A stretch of DNA of 26,241 nucleotides from Amoebophilaceae bacterium UBA1467 (GTDB lineage: Bacteria; Bacteroidota; Bacteroidia; Cytophagales; Amoebophilaceae), in the NCBI GenBank assembly GCA_002325615.1, contig DCSL01000020.1:1585-27825 (forward strand), read 5' to 3'. The notes below the pieces were generated by a model, which saw nothing but the letters and a program-made list of their open reading frames with translations, did not search any database and had not been told where the DNA came from. Positions 8,401-15,534 of the stretch are shown here, in pieces. Position numbers and translations under genes: made by a program. The stretch's first letter is position 1; every line of letters starts with the position of its first letter.

Positions 8401-8437
8401 AACCAAGAAATACTTACTTTTGACATCCACTAAATAG
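5414..8437 (+). CDS. GH3 beta-N-acetylglucosaminidase (NagZ-like) fused to a beta-lactamase-like serine hydrolase domain; C-terminus frameshifted
   Basis: Signal peptide; ATDAEWGLGMR, NFAPVMDVN, KHFPGHGDTSQDSH and FTDALNM (GH3 motifs intact); YDIASVTK (SxxK) in the C-terminal domain. Similarity is lost after RRGLG at about 8194. Confidence 0.92.
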   Translation: MNTRHKAYGLPCVFLLISMLFSAYAQNDRSEQQQEAWVDNVFQSLSEEQRIAQLFLVAAYANKDEAHYSAIEELIQRYNIGGLIFFQGTPINQVALTNRYQQTAPTPLLIATDAEWGLGMRLDGTISYPKPMTLGALQDDTLIYDMGTEIARQLKRIGVHINFAPVMDVNSNPSNSVIGERSFGECKEKVAVKGIAYIKGLQDHGILAVAKHFPGHGDTSQDSHYALPTIAHDRNRLDALELFPFKKAIAAGIQGMMVAHLHVPAYDATPQRATTLCKKVVTDLLKTQLGFQGLVFTDALNMKGVSAHHQPGEVDLLALQAGNDVLVFPEDVSKAIALIRQAIQQKKLDGQAMNAKVKRLLRLKYQMQLSTWQPIETQNLEAQLHTPQAHLLKQLLFEQAVTVVANEGRLIPLKNLAYHNIACLSIVNDDDTKKPKEAAATAMSTTQSCGLSAAELFPSMLKKYAPMAQHTLIRGTITPEAVNTLANKLKQYQVVIVGIHGMSEKRSSNFGLQTEELQLLKSLEKDTALIIVPFGNVYSLAHFQTFKHVIMPYEDDPVAAKIVPQIIFGALSSKGTLPVSIPGGWAAGQGIRTEKISRLGYAPPEAADMDSQILQTIDDIVEKAIAEESMPSCQVLVARKGKVVFDKSYGYHTDAKRKPVTPDTMYDIASVTKVVGTLQALMYLAGTEQLNINKKLSFYLPSLKGTNKGALKIRRILAHQAGLPAYVWGEIRQTLFDANGRLRKALFSTHPSPTYQHQLASDLYGATWLKELVWDCCVNTALRDKSWFKSYSYQYSCVGFYFLHHLAEKLLEQPLDNFLEATFYRPLGLATLTYHPLHKLAQDRMAPTEKDNFFRQDLLQGVVHDLMAALYGGVAGNSGLFSNANDLAIVLQMNLQDGYYGDQRYLQKGVVQSFAKKSFKDNRRGLGGTNRTSTMPHLPLQYMPLKTAMTIVDLQGQPFGIRGHDEPVRWYVKKLSRNKCYRSPLSSPNDQCPNAQTKKYLLLTSTK
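8197..8307 (+). pseudogene. Out-of-frame remnant of the beta-lactamase-like domain C-terminus
   Basis: The shifted frame reads DKSDKHNAPSTASVHASEDSYDHSGFTGTAVWYTRP*. It contains the family's (W)DK and H(T/S)GFTGT..W motifs immediately after a G7 run at 8191-8197. Confidence 0.85.
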
Positions 8438-9319
8438 TTGCAGATTTTGAATTTCAAAAAGACGTTTTCTGGTTGGCTAACCAAGCGCTATCAGCTCGTT
8501 ATTCGCAACGAAGAAAATTTAGCAGAAAAGTCCACTTTTAGTTTCAGCTATGCGAAGCTCATCTCCTTGGGTGCTGTCCTGTTGAGCATTCTCCTACTGT
8601 GTAGTCTAGCACTATCCACCACCATCCTGGCCAGGTGGTTAAATCCTGTTTACATGGAGCTGGAAAACAAAAAAAAACTCATTCAGCTGGCCACGGCAGT
8701 AGATACGCTCGAGGAACAAACCACCCAACAGAAAAAGTTTATTGCACTCTTGCAGAGCATTATTGCCGGCAAAGAGCCACCTTCCAACGAACTGCCCACA
8801 GCTAACGAGGAGCAGACTGAGGAAATTCCCGCTCCTTACTCATCCGAGCAACTAGCTGCTGCCGACGCGCTGCTGCAGAGTGAGTTTGAGCATAGCGAAT
8901 CATCTCCTGCGACTACCTGCAACAAGCCTATGAATGCCTTGCAAGCTCTTTTCTTCTTTTCTTCTGTCCGTGGCACTGTTACTCCCCCTTCCAAACACAG
9001 TAGGGGGCAGTATGACGTGGGCATCGTTGCTAAAGAACACAAACCTGTTACGTGTGTGGCCAACGGGGCAGTTATTTTTTCTGCCTGGACTGTAGAAACA
9101 GGTTGGGTCATGGTTATTCAACACAACAAAGGTTTAGTTTCCGTCTATAAACATAATGCAGCATTGTTAAAGAAAGTTGGTAATTTCGTGGAGGCAGGAG
9201 AGGCCATCGCCGTCATGGGCAGTTCTAGCTCAGGAGAGCTTTCTACAGGGCATCATCTGCGTTTTGAGATCTGGCATGAGGGGAAGGCAGTAAATCCCGA
9301 GCATTTCATTAAATTTTAG
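8438..9319 (+). CDS. M23 family peptidase-like protein (N-terminal TM + coiled coil + LytM domain) with degenerate zinc site
   Basis: TTG start (8438 or 8447). TM segment ISLGAVLLSILLLCSLAL, coiled coil, then GAVIFSAWTVETGWVMVIQH, SVYKHN, VEAGEAIAVMG and FEIWHEGKAVNP. HxxxD reads QYDVG and HLH reads HLR. Confidence 0.9.
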   Translation: MQILNFKKTFSGWLTKRYQLVIRNEENLAEKSTFSFSYAKLISLGAVLLSILLLCSLALSTTILARWLNPVYMELENKKKLIQLATAVDTLEEQTTQQKKFIALLQSIIAGKEPPSNELPTANEEQTEEIPAPYSSEQLAAADALLQSEFEHSESSPATTCNKPMNALQALFFFSSVRGTVTPPSKHSRGQYDVGIVAKEHKPVTCVANGAVIFSAWTVETGWVMVIQHNKGLVSVYKHNAALLKKVGNFVEAGEAIAVMGSSSSGELSTGHHLRFEIWHEGKAVNPEHFIKF

Positions 9320-9344
9320 GCTACAACCAGTATAACTATCTATT

Positions 9345-9821
9345 ATGTTTGGCAGTGCTAAGAAAGAAATTTCCCAGGAGGAGTTGAGCAACTCCAGCAA
9401 CATCATTGGCAAAGGGACGAGCTTAGAAGGCAACTTAAATACAGCAGGGAACTTGCGTGTGGAAGGCAAGGTAAAGGGGAATATCCAAACTAAAGCCAAG
9501 GTAGTATTAGGAGAAACCGCAGTGCTAGAAGGAAATATCATCGCCCAAACTGCAGAAATCAGCGGCGAGGTGCAGGGCACGATCACAGTGTCGGGCCTTT
9601 TGACTTTAAAGCCAACCGCTGTTGTCAATGGAGATATTACTACTAGCAAGCTGGTGTTTGAAGAGGGAGCCAAGTTCAACGGAAAATGCAACATGGGTAA
9701 CTCCTTCAAAGAGACCAAAGCTACACAACCTCCAACTACCTCCCACAAAAAAAATGAAAGTCCTATTGAGCCCCATCTCCAACAAGTCACGCTCTCCCAA
9801 ACAGGAGGACAGGGCGCCTAG
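9345..9821 (+). CDS. Bactofilin (polymer-forming cytoskeletal protein, CcmA/BacA family)
   Basis: IIGKGTSLEGNL...LRVEGKVKGNI...AEISGEVQGTI...VNGDITTSKLVFEEGAKFNGKCNM beta-helix repeats. Confidence 0.95.
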   Translation: MFGSAKKEISQEELSNSSNIIGKGTSLEGNLNTAGNLRVEGKVKGNIQTKAKVVLGETAVLEGNIIAQTAEISGEVQGTITVSGLLTLKPTAVVNGDITTSKLVFEEGAKFNGKCNMGNSFKETKATQPPTTSHKKNESPIEPHLQQVTLSQTGGQGA

Positions 9822-10020
9822 CAGCTACCTCCAATACACCCACTTGAGCTTTCAAATGATGGCTATCATAGGCGCAGGAGTGTGGCTAGGTATACAACTG
9901 GATACTTACTTGCAGCTAGCATTCCCAGTCTTTATGAGCATACTGGCACCTGTCAGTACTGCGTATGCGGTTTACGTCGTCATCAAAACCCTTTCCCAGC
10001 ACCCTCCCCCAAACACTTAG
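9754..10020 (+). CDS. AtpZ/AtpI family small membrane protein
   Basis: YLQYTHLSFQMMAIIGAGVWLGIQLDTYL..FPVF matches the Bacteroidota AtpZ/I pattern (GxWLGxxLD); two TM helices; follows bactofilin. Start uncertain (ATG 9754 or TTG 9766), within ORF 9622..10020. Confidence 0.75.
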   Translation: MKVLLSPISNKSRSPKQEDRAPSSYLQYTHLSFQMMAIIGAGVWLGIQLDTYLQLAFPVFMSILAPVSTAYAVYVVIKTLSQHPPPNT

Positions 10021-10090
10021 TTATTTGCCTGACAACGGAATCATATTTATCTTAGTTACATGTGTTGTAGCATACTGGAGAACTTAGTAC

Positions 10091-13000
10091 ATGCATTATC
10101 TTAGTATAGATTACTTGATTATTTATGCGTTCTTGCTCATCACCCTTGTTATAGGCCTCTGTGCGGGTAGGGGTATCACAGACATTCGGGAGTATGCCAA
10201 TGCTAACAAGATATTTGGGACCGGGGCATTGGTGCTAACTTGGCTAGCTACAGATGTTGCAGGAGAAACTGTGTTGGATATGACGGGTTCTGTGAGAACC
10301 GCAGGCATCATACAGCCACTTACGGTTTTTGGCGGTTGGGCCATTGCCATATTGCTACAGGCGCTGGTGTTTGCCCCTAGGTTTATTCAGTTTAGCAACT
10401 GTATTACCATGGGAGACGTCATGGGAGTGCTTTATAAAGGTCCTAGTCAGGTCATGACAGGGATATTGGGCTTCTTCACGGCGCTCTGTATTGCAGGGAT
10501 GGAGCTAACGGTCATAGGCATACTCAGTGAGAGCCTGGGTATTGGCTTTCACGTCGGGGTCTGGGTGGGGGGTATGTTGCTGGTGTTGTATACCACCCAT
10601 GGTGGCATTAAGTCAGTGGCTTTCACAGATGTGTTTCAAGGACTCGTACTGTTTGCTGTTTTGCCGATCATCACAGTAGCGGCTTTGAAACAAGCAGGGG
10701 GCATCAAGCAAGTGTTGATCCAGGTGCCCACTACACAACTGCAATTGTTGAACCACCCTAAGTCATCCTACTATACAGCACTGTTCCTATCGCTCAGTAT
10801 TTTCCAGTTTTCTGTCATTGACCCTGCCCTGATGCAGCGCATACTGATGGGAAGAACCAAACAGCAGTTGCGCAATCAATTTTTTATCGTAGCGGCATGT
10901 TTATTGGCCTTGATGGTTGCTTTATCCTTGCTGGGACTTGCGAGCATCGTTTTACTGCCCGACGAAAACACAGATGTGCCTATAGTGCTACGCATCATTG
11001 AGCATATTCTCCCCATAGGGCTGAAAGGGTTGGCCTTGGCAGGCCTTATAGCCATTACCATGGCAACGTTCGATTCATTTCTGCATGCGGCAGGGCTCAC
11101 CTTAATTCATGATGTTATTTATCCAGTATGTAAAAGGCTGGGCAACACCATCGACGAACTAAAATGGGTGCGCTATGCTACGGTTTGTATAGGTATTGCC
11201 GTTATTGTGATTGGCTCAATGCGTGCAAATGATCTCTATAACTATGTATTGCTCTCTTATAAATTTACGGGCCCCCTATTAGCCTTCCCACTTTTTGCAG
11301 GTGTCTTGGGGCTTAAACCTGATCAAAAAGCTTTTTATGCTGCTTCGGGCGTGACCATCGCAGTGATTTTGCTGAGTGAGTGGTTGTTGCCAGCATCTCA
11401 AGATCGTTGGGTTTCAGTGGTGGGAGTGGTCACTAATGGGATAGTCTTTTTGGGCATCCATGCTATACGCAACCATGGCTTTGCTATTGTCAATCGTACT
11501 CATAGCAAAGAATATTTGTGGAGACCACACCGTGCAAGCATATGGACGCAGCTTAAGCAGTTGCTACCCACACCCCAGCGTATAGTACAGTATTCGCAAA
11601 GGCAAGTAGCACATTATGGTGCACCCTATGCTTTATTCGGCATATTCTGCTGTGTCAACTATCTCTTTCCATACTTCATGTGGGAGCATGACGCCCCTGC
11701 TTCTTATAACTTGATGCTTTATTTGCGTACCCTAGGTGTCCTTGCCTGTGGTTTGTTGCTCGTGAGAGACAAATGGACCCAATCTTTGCTGCCATACCTA
11801 CCCACCTTCTGGCACTTGACACTGCTCTACTGCCTGCCCTTTACCAGCACCGTCATGTTCTTGCTCACCCAAGGAAGTGTAGAGTGGCTCATCAATGTGG
11901 CCCTCACCATCATGTTCCTCATTGTCCTCGTAGACTGGATGAGCTTTATGATCCTTACAATACTAGGTATAGCCCTGGGTTTTCTCTTCTACACACTAGC
12001 CATTGGCCCGATCAGCCTGCAACTGGACTTTAGTACCGGGTATTTGTTGTTATACCAAGGCATCTTTGCCACGCTCATCGGCCTGCTTTTTGCGCGTAGG
12101 AAGCAACTACACTTTGACACCTTGGCCACCCAGCAAAAACAGTTGGCTATCGATAACCAGGCAAGCAAAGAAGAACTCATAGAAGCCACAGAAAAAGAGT
12201 TTCGGTTTGTGAGCCTCCTCAAAAAGGCCGGCATAGAACAACTAGGGAGTGTAGCCCACCTGAGCAAAAAACTCCTAGCCATCAGCCAACAGAAAGGTGA
12301 CATCAAGGAATTCGAAAAACTAGCCCAGCAACTCACTGACCAGCTCACCCCCATGGCCCTAAGTATGGATAAATTTATACACCGTACCACAGGCTTTTTA
12401 CTCCTGGATGGCGTGGAGACACTACCACTTGACAACTTCTTGCAAGCCCTACAACAGGCGTTCTATAAAAAGGGCCAAAGACTTAAGATAGAAGTACGTA
12501 CACAACACAAAACGTTACAGTGTGATATAGAAAAGATGAAGAAGGTGATTCTGAACGGTTTCTCTTTCGTGCAGTCAGTGGCTGGAGAAAGAGAACAAGG
12601 ACCTGTGTTACTAGGTATAGAAGATACGCGGCTAGGCTATGCGGTGGACTCTGTAAGCCCTGATCACATCAAGAAAATAAGGGCCCTGCGATTTGCCATT
12701 ACTACTGCCCCCACACTACCTACGCTAGCTGCGCTGTACACGGCACAAATAGGTGAGGAAAGCATTATGAAACCCGAAGCACCCACTAATATGCCTCTAT
12801 TGGCGAACGAGCGGATTGTGAAGGCTCACTATGGTTACAGCAGCACGATCAGTGAGGGCAATGAGCTCACGCTAGTCTATGTCATTCCTGTCAACGTCCG
12901 AGAGGTGCGTTCCAAAGACATGGATATGCCACATATGAAGCTAGGTGAGGAGTGGCTTCGGGCCGATGATACCTACCCAGGCGCACAAGAGCAAGAGCAA

Positions 13001-13564
13001 ACATTCCTCCAAGCAGTCAAAGAGCGGTCACAAGCAGGTCTCTCCCTAGTAGAAAAAGCCATCAATCTGATCAAGGACTACCACGGTCCTGTCATGCGTC
13101 AGAGTGGCGAGCCGTTTTACTTACATCCGATTGCAGTAGCACAGATTGTACTGGACTATAACACCGACGAAGCCACTGTATTGGGAGCCCTCTTGCACGA
13201 TATAGTAGAGGATACTCCCCTGACGCTAGAGCAGATAGAATTGTTGTTTAATAAGGAAGTAAGCAACATTGTAAGCGGGGTAACCCACATGGAGAGCAAC
13301 AAAGAGACGCTCTATCAAGTGCTGCTCTCCCATCCTGAAAACATCCATAGGCTCTTAGGAGCCGAAGACCCACGAGTGTTGTATGTGAAGCTAGCCGACC
13401 GCATGCACAACCTACGTACCATTCAGGCCAGATCTTATGAGAGCCAACACAGAACTGCTGAGGAGACGTTGCTCTTCTTTGTGCCCTTGGCCAAGTACTT
13501 AGGCCTCAGTGAGGCTGCTGAGGAACTTAAGCACAGGAGTTTTGGGGTGCTGGGGAGCATGTAG
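10091..13564 (+). CDS. Na+/solute symporter (SSS/PutP-like) - multi-TM module - pseudo-histidine-kinase - RelA/SpoT HD hydrolase fusion
   Basis: aa 1-~460 SSS (YTTHGGIKSVAFTDVFQ, DPALMQR, LKGLALAGLIAITMATFDS). aa ~512-669 about 5-6 further TM helices. aa ~700-935 kinase-like fold lacking catalytic motifs. aa ~985-1150 HD domain (YHGPVMRQSGEPFYLHP, LLHDIVEDT, VKLADRMHNLRT). Confidence 0.9.
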   Translation: MHYLSIDYLIIYAFLLITLVIGLCAGRGITDIREYANANKIFGTGALVLTWLATDVAGETVLDMTGSVRTAGIIQPLTVFGGWAIAILLQALVFAPRFIQFSNCITMGDVMGVLYKGPSQVMTGILGFFTALCIAGMELTVIGILSESLGIGFHVGVWVGGMLLVLYTTHGGIKSVAFTDVFQGLVLFAVLPIITVAALKQAGGIKQVLIQVPTTQLQLLNHPKSSYYTALFLSLSIFQFSVIDPALMQRILMGRTKQQLRNQFFIVAACLLALMVALSLLGLASIVLLPDENTDVPIVLRIIEHILPIGLKGLALAGLIAITMATFDSFLHAAGLTLIHDVIYPVCKRLGNTIDELKWVRYATVCIGIAVIVIGSMRANDLYNYVLLSYKFTGPLLAFPLFAGVLGLKPDQKAFYAASGVTIAVILLSEWLLPASQDRWVSVVGVVTNGIVFLGIHAIRNHGFAIVNRTHSKEYLWRPHRASIWTQLKQLLPTPQRIVQYSQRQVAHYGAPYALFGIFCCVNYLFPYFMWEHDAPASYNLMLYLRTLGVLACGLLLVRDKWTQSLLPYLPTFWHLTLLYCLPFTSTVMFLLTQGSVEWLINVALTIMFLIVLVDWMSFMILTILGIALGFLFYTLAIGPISLQLDFSTGYLLLYQGIFATLIGLLFARRKQLHFDTLATQQKQLAIDNQASKEELIEATEKEFRFVSLLKKAGIEQLGSVAHLSKKLLAISQQKGDIKEFEKLAQQLTDQLTPMALSMDKFIHRTTGFLLLDGVETLPLDNFLQALQQAFYKKGQRLKIEVRTQHKTLQCDIEKMKKVILNGFSFVQSVAGEREQGPVLLGIEDTRLGYAVDSVSPDHIKKIRALRFAITTAPTLPTLAALYTAQIGEESIMKPEAPTNMPLLANERIVKAHYGYSSTISEGNELTLVYVIPVNVREVRSKDMDMPHMKLGEEWLRADDTYPGAQEQEQTFLQAVKERSQAGLSLVEKAINLIKDYHGPVMRQSGEPFYLHPIAVAQIVLDYNTDEATVLGALLHDIVEDTPLTLEQIELLFNKEVSNIVSGVTHMESNKETLYQVLLSHPENIHRLLGAEDPRVLYVKLADRMHNLRTIQARSYESQHRTAEETLLFFVPLAKYLGLSEAAEELKHRSFGVLGSM

Positions 13565-13672
13565 AGATAGGCAGGTGGAAGTACATAAAAACAATACAGA
13601 GCAGCCAGTACAAAGACCCGCTATCCCACACCACATAGCCTAACCGCCCATAAGCCTGGCTTAGATTTTTGA

Positions 13673-15508
13673 TCACTCTACAGTGACCGACTTAGCCAAG
13701 TTTCTAGGGCAGTCCACATCACAGCCACGCATCACCGCCATATGATAGGCAAGTAATTGCAGTGGTACTATCGCGACCATGGGCATGCATGCCTCATGGA
13801 TAGATGGCACTTCAATGACATAATCAGCAAGCTGGGCAGCTGCTTTGTCGTCTTGTGTCACGATAACAATCACTTTTCCTCCCCTCGCTTTTACCTCTTC
13901 TATGTTCGAGATGATCTTGCTATAAGACCTGTCTTGCGTAGCAATAAACACCACAGGCATGGCTTCATCGATCAAGGCAATGGGGCCGTGCTTCATCTCC
14001 GCAGCAGGATAGCCTTCTGCATGGATGTAAGAGAGTTCTTTGAGTTTGAGAGCTCCTTCTAGTGCCACTGGGAAGTTATAACCCCTGCCCAGGTAAAGGA
14101 AGTTCAGCGCGCCTTTGAACACCTGAGCAATGTGCTTAATCCGATCATTTTGTTGCAAAACAAGTCTCACCGTGTCAGGAACGGCAGCTAGGTGCTGTAG
14201 TAGTGATCTAAATACAGTTGTAGTAATGGTTCGTCGTTGCCGGGCTAGTTCTAGCGCAATCATGATGAGCGCAGTCAGCTGGGCGGTAAAAGCTTTGGTG
14301 CTGGCCACGCCCATCTCAGGACCTGCGTGCGTGTATATGCCTGCATGTGCCGCCCTAGCAATAGAAGATTCGACCACGTTACAAATACCCAAAACAGTGG
14401 CCCCTTGTGCTTTGGCTAACTCAACAGCTGCTCGTGTATCTGCTGTTTCTCCAGACTGCGAAATAGCCAGCACAAAGTCTCCTGAACCAATGATCGGGTT
14501 TCTATAACGGAATTCTGAGGCATACTCCACTTCCACAGGAATCCTACAGAATTCCTCTAAAAAATACTCTGCTGCCAAACCAGCATGCCATGAGGTGCCG
14601 CATGCTACGATGGTAATCTTATTGGCCTTGGCTAGCTGATCTATGTGGTTACTGATGCCTCCGAGCACTAACTTTCGGTTGTCTGCGTCAAGACGCCCCC
14701 GCATACAGTCCTTAATTGCTTTAGGCTGTTCGAAGATTTCCTTGAGCATAAAGTGCTCAAAGCGTCCTCTCTCTATCGTCTCCAAGGTGATGTCTAGCTT
14801 TTGGATAGCAAGTGTTAGGGGAATATCCTTGATACTTTTCATCAACAGCTGGTTGTCCTGGATGACGGCAATTTCATGGTCATTGATGAAGACTGCCTGA
14901 TCTGTGTATTCTACAATAGGCGTTGTATCCGAAGCAATAAAAAACTCATCTTGTCCTATACCAATTACCATAGGACTTCCTTTGCGAGCAGCAATGAGTG
15001 TATTGGGCAGGTCTGCGGATAAGATAACCAGTGCATAAGCGCCTATGACTCTAGGCAGTGCCAACCTCACTGCCTCTTCTAGTGTGCATTGATTTTGTTG
15101 TTGCACATCTTCGATAAAGTACAGCAAGACTTCGGTGTCCGTCTCACTTCTAAAGACATAGCTTTTGTGTAGCAGGTCTTGTCTGAGCACGCTGTAGTTT
15201 TCAATGATACCGTTATGCACAATGGCAAGCCTGCCTGAAGCTGACACCTGAGGGTGGGCATTAGCGTCGCTGGGTACGCCATGTGTAGCCCAGCGTGTAT
15301 GCCCAATGCCAATATGGCCTTTTAGGTTTTTGTTGGCTACAAAACTTTCCAGCGCACTGACCCTGCCTGCCTTCTTGTACACTTGAAGGCCCCCATCCAG
15401 CAGCGCAATCCCTGCACTATCATAGCCTCTGTATTCTAGTCTTTTAAGCCCTTTTAAGAGGATAGGATAGCTTTTTTGGTGCCCTACGTACGCAATGATG
15501 CCACACAT
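13673..15508 (-). CDS. glmS: Glutamine--fructose-6-phosphate aminotransferase (isomerizing)
   Basis: MCGI N-terminal nucleophile, LEYRGYDSAG, GHTRWATHG, VHNGIIEN, SQSGETADT, VASTKAFT, EGALKLKE, PRNLAKSVTVE. Confidence 0.98.
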   Translation of the reverse strand: MCGIIAYVGHQKSYPILLKGLKRLEYRGYDSAGIALLDGGLQVYKKAGRVSALESFVANKNLKGHIGIGHTRWATHGVPSDANAHPQVSASGRLAIVHNGIIENYSVLRQDLLHKSYVFRSETDTEVLLYFIEDVQQQNQCTLEEAVRLALPRVIGAYALVILSADLPNTLIAARKGSPMVIGIGQDEFFIASDTTPIVEYTDQAVFINDHEIAVIQDNQLLMKSIKDIPLTLAIQKLDITLETIERGRFEHFMLKEIFEQPKAIKDCMRGRLDADNRKLVLGGISNHIDQLAKANKITIVACGTSWHAGLAAEYFLEEFCRIPVEVEYASEFRYRNPIIGSGDFVLAISQSGETADTRAAVELAKAQGATVLGICNVVESSIARAAHAGIYTHAGPEMGVASTKAFTAQLTALIMIALELARQRRTITTTVFRSLLQHLAAVPDTVRLVLQQNDRIKHIAQVFKGALNFLYLGRGYNFPVALEGALKLKELSYIHAEGYPAAEMKHGPIALIDEAMPVVFIATQDRSYSKIISNIEEVKARGGKVIVIVTQDDKAAAQLADYVIEVPSIHEACMPMVAIVPLQLLAYHMAVMRGCDVDCPRNLAKSVTVE

Positions 15509-15534
15509 GTTGATAGAGTAATGGGCTGCTTAGA

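Noticed and set aside
9622-9753. N-terminal extension of the 132-aa ORF overlapping bactofilin
   Set aside because: It is an alternative frame of bactofilin; AtpZ/I similarity begins only near 9754-9830.
10076-10083. TGGAGAA matching the tRNA-Ala 3' end upstream of the SSS-HD gene (possible att site)
   Set aside because: Only 7 bp of identity, expected by chance in 26 kb.
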